Below, piece by piece: positions 49,932 through 56,889 of a stretch of 64,000 nucleotides of DNA. Source of the stretch: an uncultured Gammaproteobacteria bacterium (GTDB lineage: Bacteria; Patescibacteriota; Microgenomatia; CAZXEC01); contig CAZXEC010000001.1 of NCBI GenBank assembly GCA_964639595.1, forward strand, positions 88,111 through 152,110, written 5' to 3'. Made by a program: the position numbers and the translations under genes. The notes under the pieces were generated by a model. The model had not been told where the DNA came from and searched no databases. It saw nothing but the letters and a program-made list of their open reading frames with translations. The number at the start of each line of letters is the position of its first letter. Position 1 is the stretch's first letter.

Positions 49932-50393
49932 ATGCGTCATCAAGTTTTTGGCAGGAAACTGGGACGTAACAGCGGCGAGAGGCAAGCCCTCTTCCGTGGT
50001 TTGGCTCAAGCGCTGGTGTTGCGAGGCGCTATCATCACAACTGAAGCCAAAGCTAAGGCCATCAAGGGCTTGGTGGAAAAATTAGTCACCAAAGCCAAAA
50101 AAGACAAAAAACAAATGTTGTTTGATTTTTTCCAAAATAGCGAGACTGTTGATTTTTTGGTTAAAAATATTGCTCCCCGGATGATGAGCAGAGTCGGCGG
50201 ATATACCAGAATCGTATCATTGGGCCAGAGGAAAGGTGATGGTGCTGAAATGGTCAAGATGGACTGGATGGAAGCAAAATTAGCCAAAGAGCCGCCGGCA
50301 GCGGATGCCAAAAAAACATTAACTCTAACAAAAACCAGAAAGCCGGTTGCCAAAACTGCCAAAACCAAAACAACTTCCAAAAAAACTAAATAA
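49932..50393 (+). CDS. rplQ: 50S ribosomal protein L17 with a lysine-rich C-terminal tail
   Basis: MRHQVFGRKLGRNSGERQALFRGLA. Confidence 0.93.
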   Translation: MRHQVFGRKLGRNSGERQALFRGLAQALVLRGAIITTEAKAKAIKGLVEKLVTKAKKDKKQMLFDFFQNSETVDFLVKNIAPRMMSRVGGYTRIVSLGQRKGDGAEMVKMDWMEAKLAKEPPAADAKKTLTLTKTRKPVAKTAKTKTTSKKTK

Positions 50394-50396
50394 TTT

Positions 50397-50816
50397 ATGC
50401 AATCAACAGCCAGCGTTAAAGCCAAAGATATTAAAAGACAGTGGCAACTAATTGATGCCAGAGACCAAATTTTGGGCAGGATGGCTACCAGGATTGCCAC
50501 GCTTTTGCTGGGTAAGGGCAAGCCGTATTTTGTTCCCCATATGGATTGTGGTGATTATGTAGTAGTGGTCAATGCCGGCAAGGTTAAAACCACTGGTCGT
50601 AAACAAGAGCAAAAACAGTACAGTCGGTATTCAGGTTATCCGGGCGGACTCAAAAAAACATCCCTGGCTATCTTGAGAGAGAAAAAACCAACAGAGGTAA
50701 TCAAACATGCAGTGCGGGGAATGATGCCGCACAATAAATTAGGCCGGCAAAGTATTAAAAAATTATTTGTTTTTGAGGGGGGAAATCATCCCTATCAAGG
50801 TCAGGTGAAAAGCTAA
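50397..50816 (+). CDS. rplM: 50S ribosomal protein L13
   Basis: WQLIDARDQILGRMATRIATLLLGK. Confidence 0.93.
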   Translation: MQSTASVKAKDIKRQWQLIDARDQILGRMATRIATLLLGKGKPYFVPHMDCGDYVVVVNAGKVKTTGRKQEQKQYSRYSGYPGGLKKTSLAILREKKPTEVIKHAVRGMMPHNKLGRQSIKKLFVFEGGNHPYQGQVKS

Positions 50817-51268
50817 TGCCCAGAAAGAAAAAAGCAGCGCCGGTTATCAAGGAAGTAGTAAGTGAGAAACCTAAAGAGCAGGTAGTCTATCAAGCGGTGG
50901 GCCGCCGCAAATCGGCAGTGGCTCAAGCCAAACTTTTTGCCGGCGCCGGTAACTTAACGATTAACAGTCACCCCATATTGCAATATTTTTCCGGCCAGGT
51001 ATCAAAGCTGGCTTGGCAAAAACCTTTTCAAACAGTGGGAGCATTAGGTAAATTTGACGGTACGATTAAAGTTTACGGCTCCGGCAAAAGCGGCCAACTG
51101 GTGGCAGTTACTCATGCCATCTCCCGCGCCCTGCTGCAAGTCAATCCGGATTGGAGAAAGCCTCTCAAAAAACAAGGACTTTTGACCCGTGACCCCAGAG
51201 TTAGGGAAAGACGCAAATACGGCAACGCCCAAAAAGCGAGAGCGAAAAAGCAGTCACCCAAACGATAA
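50816..51268 (+). CDS. rpsI: 30S ribosomal protein S9 with an N-terminal extension
   Basis: YQAVGRRKSAVAQAKL...RERRKYG. Confidence 0.93.
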   Translation: MPRKKKAAPVIKEVVSEKPKEQVVYQAVGRRKSAVAQAKLFAGAGNLTINSHPILQYFSGQVSKLAWQKPFQTVGALGKFDGTIKVYGSGKSGQLVAVTHAISRALLQVNPDWRKPLKKQGLLTRDPRVRERRKYGNAQKARAKKQSPKR

Positions 51269-51422
51269 ATATTTTCGCCCGAAGTCCTGCTAAATCACTG
51301 CACATAACAAATTTTAAACGGGGAATTATACCTAAAGGCGAGCGAGGGCAACGGAAGCCGCTTCCTCGCCGATTCAAGGAGTGAGATATTCGTATTAAAT
51401 AAACACATCCTAATATTAGCTA

Positions 51423-51451
51423 TTGACAAGCTTGGCAGTTTATGCTATACT
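51423..51451 (+). promoter_or_regulatory. Near-consensus sigma70 promoter driving the island operon (TTGACA-17 nt-TATACT)
   Basis: TTGACA 51423-51428, 17-nt spacer, TATACT 51446-51451. Lies about 30 nt upstream of the first island ORF. Confidence 0.6.
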
Positions 51452-51480
51452 AGTCTCTGTTTTTAGATAAAATCAAAAAA

Positions 51481-51696
51481 ATGTCAGAGACACGTAAAGA
51501 AAAATTTGTAAGGTTAGCAACTTATCGGACTAATGTTGTGTTAGAGAAGCTCCGCATCCTCGGCAACCTTTCCAACAAAGCTAACTATGAATACTCCGAA
51601 GAGGAAATAAATAAAATCTTCTATGCTATTGATTCACAACTCCGGATCATAAAAGCTCGTTTTAGTGGTAAAAGGAAAAGAGAGTTTAAATTATGA
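51481..51696 (+). CDS. Hypothetical small basic protein (71 aa), first gene of the island operon
   Basis: No recognisable motif. Overlaps the next ORF by 4 nt (ATGA). Confidence 0.45.
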   Translation: MSETRKEKFVRLATYRTNVVLEKLRILGNLSNKANYEYSEEEINKIFYAIDSQLRIIKARFSGKRKREFKL

Positions 51697-52262
51697 AAAG
51701 AACCAGAAATACATTAGATGATTTACTCTTGCTTTGCATTAGTGATATTTTGGGGAAAAAACAAAAGTGTTCCTACGGAAATCTTGTTAAAAAGGCCTCT
51801 ACGAAATATCCCGAAGTTTTTAGTTTGTCAGATTATCCCAAATGGCCAGATTCTCTTAAGTTGGATCGGCCACTAAGGCAATTAAGAAGTGAAAGATTGA
51901 TAACAGGTAGCCCGACAACGTTTTATTCGTTGACTTCTCTGGGTAAAGAAAAAGTCAGATTTTTAAACAACAAACGGTTTCCGGTAAAAGACAACACTAG
52001 TAGGCCAACAAGAAGCCCCTCTTTGACATTTCTAAAAGAACTAGAAAATAGTGATGACTTTAAAGATTTTGCTTCAAACAAAGAAGACTTCAAGCCAAAT
52101 AATATGAAAATAAGAGCTCTGACAAGATTTACTCTAGAGACGCCTAAGAAAGTTATTTTAGACCACTTGCTCTTTTTAAAAAAAACTGCTCATCGAGAAA
52201 AAAAGGGAACTTTGGAAGATTTTTTAATCACTTACATAAATTACATCGAAAGAATTAAGTAA
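51693..52262 (+). CDS. Hypothetical protein with a putative N-terminal winged-helix domain (189 aa)
   Basis: Helix-turn-helix-like N-terminus with a wing-like ...LRSERLITGSPTTFYSLTSLGKEKV. Only 2 nt separate it from the downstream ATPase gene. The fold assignment is inference. Confidence 0.45.
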   Translation: MKRTRNTLDDLLLLCISDILGKKQKCSYGNLVKKASTKYPEVFSLSDYPKWPDSLKLDRPLRQLRSERLITGSPTTFYSLTSLGKEKVRFLNNKRFPVKDNTSRPTRSPSLTFLKELENSDDFKDFASNKEDFKPNNMKIRALTRFTLETPKKVILDHLLFLKKTAHREKKGTLEDFLITYINYIERIK

Positions 52263-52264
52263 AT

Positions 52265-54163
52265 ATGGATTTTCAAAGCGCAGAGTCGGGGCAACTGTCA
52301 GTTAACGAAGGAAGGTTAGTTAAGTCTCTTGCAGATAGTACAGTTAGAGGCATAATGGACGCAGTTGTAGAACTAGTAACGAATTGCGACGATAGCTATG
52401 TACGTCAAGAGCAAGAAGGTAGTAATTCTTCTGGTAGGATAGACCTCTATATTGATCGAGGTGCTGGTGGACATTGTAAAGAATTGAGGGTAATCGATGA
52501 GGCGGCCGGCATGGATTACCAAGCATTACGAAGAGCAATAGAATTTAGCGGGGAAACCAGCGGTTTTAAAGAAGGAAGAAGTGTCAGGGGTTTTTTTGGA
52601 CGCGGCCTAAAAGAATCCATACTCGCTTTGGGGATAGGGACGATATTTACCTTAAAAAAAGGTGTTCTTAGCAGAGCAATTATTTCTTATGACGAAAAGG
52701 AAAGGCAATCAAAATACGACCTATCAGTTCCTGTACAGAACCTTTCACAGGAAGAATTAATTAATTATGGTTTTTCGGGCAATTCAGGGACTTTAGTAAC
52801 AATTAAGATAACAAACACAAAGAAAGATTACATCCCAGGAAGAAATCATATAAAAGAACAGTTCCTAAAACACTATGCTTTCAGAGATATTAATTCTTCC
52901 ACAAAAAGAGCAGTGTATTTACACTTCTCGGATGTAGAAAGTAAAGATAAATATAGCTCAAATATCCCATTGGTTTATAAATGGCCGGAAGGGAAATTAG
53001 TTTTCGATAAGGATATGAAAATACTTAATTCAGTAGCTCATTTTAAAATTTACGAGAGCTTAGAACAGTTGCAAACTCCTAAAAATCCTACTGGTGAAGC
53101 AGGTCTATTGATAAAGACCGAAGGGGCGATTCTGGACAACCAATTATTTGGCTTCGAGACTGATCCAAACGGTCTATTTTTCTTCGGAGAAATAACTGCT
53201 CCGGGGATAGCCCAAGCAATTAGAAGCGGTGATGAATCTATCGTGGATACCAACAGAACAGGTTTAGCTCGGAACCACCCGTATAATAAAGAGCTTGAAA
53301 ATATAAGTAAGGAAATTCTAGGAAAACTTATTCAGGAAAGAAAAGAAAGACTAAAATCAGAGAAAAAAGCTGAGTTGGCAGAACCTATAAATAACCTTTT
53401 TAATAAATTATGCAAAGAATTATCAGATCTAGCAAAAGATGAACTCGAGGATAAGGAACCTGGTCCAGGAGAAGTCAAAGCATTTATGATCAAGCCTCTT
53501 TTTGCAAACATAGACCCTGAATCACCTAGGACACTTTCCGTATATTGTCCAAAGTATTTATCAGAAGATGAAGGAACAAAGGTTGTAAATCTTTTGAGTT
53601 CTAACGGGAATATAAAATTATCTAATGAATCCATAATTCTTGAACAATACAAAAGAGACCCAGATGTACTAAAGTCAACTTTTAAATTAAATGGAGAAAA
53701 CGAAGGCGAAGTGGCTCTAATAACGGCCACATTGGGACGAGTTACCGCCAATAGTGAAGTAAGGGTGCATAAATTAGGACACATAGGTCCAGGCTCAGAA
53801 AAACCTCCGACTGGTTCAGGAGGAGGAGTTTTTAGAAAGATAGAGCCTGCTTATGATGAAAGCCCAATACAAAGATTTGAATATGTTTCTGGAGGAATAA
53901 TAAAAGTATATATAAAGTTTCCTGGAGTTGGAGACATTTTAGGAGAAAATTTTGAGACTATAGAAACTCAGGGTGCAAGAGTCGCATTATCAGAGATTGT
54001 TATAGAAGCGTTTTCAAGACATATTTCCAGACAACGAGTTGGAAAATATGTAGAGGAGCAGATAGACCCTTTTACATCAGAGATGGATAGATTAAGAAAG
54101 AAAGCCACAAAGACTGTTTATAATATCCTTCTCCGAGCAGATTTGAGAGAATTATTAAATTAG
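52265..54163 (+). CDS. GHKL-superfamily (Bergerat-fold; MutL/MORC/histidine-kinase-like) ATPase, 632 aa, with a long domain of unknown function
   Basis: N-box ELVTNCDDS, G1-box RVIDEAAGMD, G2-box GFFGRGLKESILALGIGTIFT, all within the first 130 aa. No Hsp90 middle-domain signature. No HK dimerisation/His box. Confidence 0.75.
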   Translation: MDFQSAESGQLSVNEGRLVKSLADSTVRGIMDAVVELVTNCDDSYVRQEQEGSNSSGRIDLYIDRGAGGHCKELRVIDEAAGMDYQALRRAIEFSGETSGFKEGRSVRGFFGRGLKESILALGIGTIFTLKKGVLSRAIISYDEKERQSKYDLSVPVQNLSQEELINYGFSGNSGTLVTIKITNTKKDYIPGRNHIKEQFLKHYAFRDINSSTKRAVYLHFSDVESKDKYSSNIPLVYKWPEGKLVFDKDMKILNSVAHFKIYESLEQLQTPKNPTGEAGLLIKTEGAILDNQLFGFETDPNGLFFFGEITAPGIAQAIRSGDESIVDTNRTGLARNHPYNKELENISKEILGKLIQERKERLKSEKKAELAEPINNLFNKLCKELSDLAKDELEDKEPGPGEVKAFMIKPLFANIDPESPRTLSVYCPKYLSEDEGTKVVNLLSSNGNIKLSNESIILEQYKRDPDVLKSTFKLNGENEGEVALITATLGRVTANSEVRVHKLGHIGPGSEKPPTGSGGGVFRKIEPAYDESPIQRFEYVSGGIIKVYIKFPGVGDILGENFETIETQGARVALSEIVIEAFSRHISRQRVGKYVEEQIDPFTSEMDRLRKKATKTVYNILLRADLRELLN

Positions 54164-54175
54164 CGTCAACAACGA

Positions 54176-54409
54176 ATGTTTCAAGCGAAGAGGGCAAAAA
54201 AAATTACAATCGGTCAGGATGGAATCTATCTACTTAGACTAGCGCTTGAATCTTTTGAAGTCATTACCGAAGGTTTCAATCGGCAGGTCAATAAATTCCC
54301 AAGTATGCAATCTTCAATAAGGGCAAGAAAGATAATTCCAAAACTTAACAAGGCGATAATCGAAATACGGACAATTATTAAAAGACTTGAGAGAAATCTT
54401 AACTTTTAG
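54176..54409 (+). CDS. Hypothetical small protein (77 aa), last gene of the island + operon
   Basis: 12 nt downstream of the ATPase gene. Basic and helical. No recognisable motif. Confidence 0.4.
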   Translation: MFQAKRAKKITIGQDGIYLLRLALESFEVITEGFNRQVNKFPSMQSSIRARKIIPKLNKAIIEIRTIIKRLERNLNF

Positions 54410-54430
54410 GCTTAAAGATACCTATTATAT

Positions 54431-54487
54431 AAAAAGTTCTTTCCTCCTTCGCTAGGGCTACGGAAAGACAGGTAAAATTTTTGCGTG
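54431..54487. repeat. Copy A of an imperfect direct repeat of about 50 bp (AAAAGTTCTTT...TAAAATTTTTGCGTG)
   Basis: Shares an 11-nt 5' core and a 14-15-nt 3' core with copy B at 55829-55878. Located in the convergent intergenic gap. Confidence 0.5.
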
Positions 54488-54490
54488 ATT

Positions 54491-55114
54491 TTATCCTCTT
54501 TTAATCTTTTTCCAAAATCCGTCTGGAACGACCACTAATTTTAGAAAACTTAACCTTACCAGGAGACTATCAGCTGTAACTTCAAATTCTTGAGCCAGAT
54601 CGGGAAAAGTATCTGGAAGATCAAAAACCGAACAGGGGGTTGGAATACGATTTCGGCTCATAAATTGATCCCATCTTTCCTTCAAGACTTTTTCCGGCAT
54701 TAATACCATACTAGCAAAAGTTCTGGCTTGTCTTTCAATATAGTCGAATAACTTATTATCTAATTTCTCCTGCCATGTTATATATGGTTCTAAGCCTTTT
54801 GGGCCATCCTTGCTGTACCATTCTTTGTGAAGATATAAATGACCGATTTCCTCAGCAATAGTAAATCTTATTCGTTCCGGTTGTTTGGTATACATTCCTT
54901 CGTCTATCACGATAGAATCGAAGTTTTGGTTAATAAATGCATTTACTCCAAAATTTTTGATCAATCCACTAATTAAGATAATCCTAAGTCCTAATTTTAA
55001 TTCAGCTATATCCTCAATAGGTACTGGAAGAGTTAAAGAAGGATGACAATTTTCTAAAAATAAATTCGCTTGATTCTTAACGTCCTGAATATTTATCTCG
55101 TTGGGATTTTTCAT
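54491..55114 (-). CDS. ImmA/IrrE-family (M78-like) metallopeptidase-domain protein, second gene of the HTH-peptidase pair
   Basis: RFTIAEEIGHLYLH aligns to the ImmA/IrrE HEXXH helix, but the first His is replaced by Glu. Directly abuts the upstream HTH gene. Confidence 0.65.
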   Translation of the reverse strand: MKNPNEINIQDVKNQANLFLENCHPSLTLPVPIEDIAELKLGLRIILISGLIKNFGVNAFINQNFDSIVIDEGMYTKQPERIRFTIAEEIGHLYLHKEWYSKDGPKGLEPYITWQEKLDNKLFDYIERQARTFASMVLMPEKVLKERWDQFMSRNRIPTPCSVFDLPDTFPDLAQEFEVTADSLLVRLSFLKLVVVPDGFWKKIKRG

Positions 55115-55501
55115 TCATTTGTCTAGTAGAGTTATTAACTGCTCCAGTTTTTTTCTATCCAGTTTTTTATTTCTCATGGTTCTGAAGAATGCTGGTAGCA
55201 GATCATTTATATTTTCTTGATTTTTTATATCTGTGGGGATTTGTCCTTTGGCTGTATGTGCCAAATCATGAAATTTAATCCATTCTTCAGTGTCACGTTT
55301 TATTTTCAGAGCAGTTGCATATCCTGCTAATTTTTCATCATCTAGCGTAGGCGGCAAGATATTTCTTTCAAGTCTACTGATATTTCCTGGATCATAACCA
55401 TATCTTTCGCAAAACGCACGAAGGGAAAATCCAAGTTCTATTCTCTTTACTCTGAAGAAATCACCGAAATTTTGATTAGAAGCATCTTGAATTTTATTCA
55501 T
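55115..55501 (-). CDS. XRE-family helix-turn-helix transcriptional regulator
   Basis: FRVKRIELGFSLRAFCERYGYDPGNISRLERN, a Cro/C1-type HTH. ATG at 55501 chosen. The track ORF extends to a GTG at 55525, which lies inside a palindrome. Confidence 0.7.
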   Translation of the reverse strand: MNKIQDASNQNFGDFFRVKRIELGFSLRAFCERYGYDPGNISRLERNILPPTLDDEKLAGYATALKIKRDTEEWIKFHDLAHTAKGQIPTDIKNQENINDLLPAFFRTMRNKKLDRKKLEQLITLLDK

Positions 55502-55502
55502 A

Positions 55503-55556
55503 GTGTTGTAATAATAATACAACACTATTCTAGTATAGACTTTGACAGGTTGTCAA
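55503..55556. promoter_or_regulatory. Two operator-like inverted repeats in the divergent HTH/HNH promoter region
   Basis: GTGTTGTA-ATAATAA-TACAACAC (55503-55525). TTGACA-GGT-TGTCAA (55542-55556), the latter carrying a -35-like TTGACA. Confidence 0.55.
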
Positions 55557-55569
55557 GTTTTGAAAGGAG

Positions 55570-55812
55570 ATGAAGGTAAAAAATATAATGAATTATAAAT
55601 GTAGATATTGTGGATGGACAGGTCCAAGAAAAGATTTCGAGATTGACCATGTAATCCCAATTGTTAGGTCAATTTTACAGAATATCTTACAGCCAGCGCT
55701 AGATTTAATTTGTTCTGGTTGCAACAGACAAAAAGGCAGAATGACAGGAGCAGGATATATGGAGATTGCTAAATTCATTCGAAGCAAATTTAGGACCAAT
55801 TATCTAAAATGA
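55570..55812 (+). CDS. Small standalone HNH endonuclease (80 aa)
   Basis: CRYCGW...FEIDHVIP...N...CSGCNRQKG, the HNH beta-beta-alpha-Me with two CxxC pairs. Confidence 0.75.
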   Translation: MKVKNIMNYKCRYCGWTGPRKDFEIDHVIPIVRSILQNILQPALDLICSGCNRQKGRMTGAGYMEIAKFIRSKFRTNYLK

Positions 55813-55828
55813 AAAGATTGAATTTTTG

Positions 55829-55878
55829 AAAAGTTCTTTGCCTCGCCTTTGGCGAGGGGCGTGTTAAATTTTTGCGTG
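55829..55878. repeat. Copy B of the roughly 50-bp imperfect direct repeat; contains the CCTCGCC-TTT-GGCGAGG hairpin
   Basis: AAAAGTTCTTTG CCTCGCCTTTGGCGAGG GGCGTGTTAAATTTTTGCGTG. Confidence 0.5.
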
Positions 55879-55909
55879 TCAAATAATTGGCCTACCGAAT
55901 TTTATCAAA

Positions 55910-55943
55910 TTAACTAATCTCACCTGTTAACTAATCTCACCTG
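55910..55943. repeat. Perfect tandem duplication of the 17-mer TTAACTAATCTCACCTG
   Basis: 55910-55926 and 55927-55943 are identical. Confidence 0.8.
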
Positions 55944-55968
55944 GGAAGTGGATTAGCTTGACACCGAT

Positions 55969-56814
55969 TTAAGAAAATTTCAAAATTTGATCAAGTTTGT
56001 TGTTAGGAAATAAGTCTTTTGGATAAATAGAGATAACATTTAACCTTTGTTGTTGCCAGAACTTTTTCTTTCTTGCAATCAAAGCGTCGTATGCTTTAAC
56101 CTCTCCTTTTAATCCAAAAAATTCAATAAGACAGCCATTAACCTTAAAATCGGCAGTCATATTATCCTTACCGTAAGGAATATTTCTATCGTGGAGAATT
56201 TTTCTAGCATAAAACCAATCATCAATAATCTTCTCAGTTAATGAGTCGCATTTGTGTCCATCATTAGCAATATACTTTTTGGCATACTTAACCGGGTTAG
56301 GATTAAAACCTGCAGCTATGATAGCAGCATTCCAGCTACCAAAGCGAAGGCGTGCTGCTTTGTGTTGGCTAAATTCTCTTTTAAGAGGAATCCTTCCAGT
56401 CTTTTTATAGAACGATTGAATTTGCTCAATAATTATTTCTTTTACTATAATTTGACCAGCATTTTTACACGCCTTTGAGCAATACTTCTCTCGACCTTTA
56501 AATTCTTTATTGCAATAACCACACATTTTAATAACAGCATGCCTTTTGGGAAATCTTGAGTTATTTATTGTCGCTGCGCAAGAGCGAGAGCAATAGTAAG
56601 ATCTGGCATTCTTGAGTTCCTTCAATTGCCGTTTGAAGATCTTGCCACAAGAAGGATTAGTGCAGATAAGCGCTTTTTGTTTATTTCTTGCCTTGCTTAT
56701 ACATTCTAGAGAGCAATATATATTCCAGTCAAACTTTTTACCTTCATTGATTCTCCCTTGACTACGAAGAATAATTTTTTTACATCGATCACATTTAACA
56801 GGCAAAAGTTCCAT
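55969..56814 (-). CDS. Multi-zinc-ribbon protein with a C-terminal Vsr/DUF559-like PD-(D/E)xK endonuclease domain
   Basis: Six or more CxxC pairs in the N-terminal half. C-terminus DSLTEKIIDDWF...ADFKVNGCLIEFFGLKG...YDALIARKKKFW...LNVISIY matches the Vsr/DUF559 core. Start codon is 2 nt from the tRNA-like 3' end. Confidence 0.6.
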   Translation of the reverse strand: MELLPVKCDRCKKIILRSQGRINEGKKFDWNIYCSLECISKARNKQKALICTNPSCGKIFKRQLKELKNARSYYCSRSCAATINNSRFPKRHAVIKMCGYCNKEFKGREKYCSKACKNAGQIIVKEIIIEQIQSFYKKTGRIPLKREFSQHKAARLRFGSWNAAIIAAGFNPNPVKYAKKYIANDGHKCDSLTEKIIDDWFYARKILHDRNIPYGKDNMTADFKVNGCLIEFFGLKGEVKAYDALIARKKKFWQQQRLNVISIYPKDLFPNNKLDQILKFS

Positions 56815-56815
56815 G

Positions 56816-56889
56816 TCGGGGGAACTGGTTCCGCCCCAGCGACCTCTCGCACCCCATGCGAGTGCTCTAACTATCTGAGCTACCCCCCG
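56816..56889 (-). tRNA. tRNA-Pro(GGG)-like gene, 74 nt, CCA not encoded, atypical D- and T-loops
   Basis: Minus-strand RNA is CGGGGGG-TA-GCTC-AGATAGTTA-GAGC-A-CTCGC-ATGGGGT-GCGAG-AGGTC-GCTGG-GGCGGAA-CCAGT-TCCCCCG-A. C1:G72 pair and A73 fit tRNA-Pro. Anticodon loop has U33, GGG, G37. The D-loop lacks GG and the T-loop is GGCGGAA, not TTCRANY. Confidence 0.55.

Noticed and set aside
51346-51380. Imperfect GC-rich palindrome GGCGAG...GGAAGCcGCTTCC...CTCGCC after rpsI as an intrinsic terminator
   Set aside because: No U-tract follows, and the inner palindrome has a 1-nt centre (cannot form an RNA hairpin). It may be a DNA-level site, but the evidence is insufficient.
52265-54163. HtpG (Hsp90) identity for the 632-aa GHKL protein
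   Set aside because: Length is similar, but the Hsp90 middle/C-terminal signatures (for example the LNxSRE catalytic-loop motif) are absent and the gene sits in an accessory island operon with unknown partners.
55910-55943. Possible CRISPR array
   Set aside because: Only two copies of a 17-mer directly abutting with no spacers; no cas genes. No CRISPR array is present anywhere in the window.
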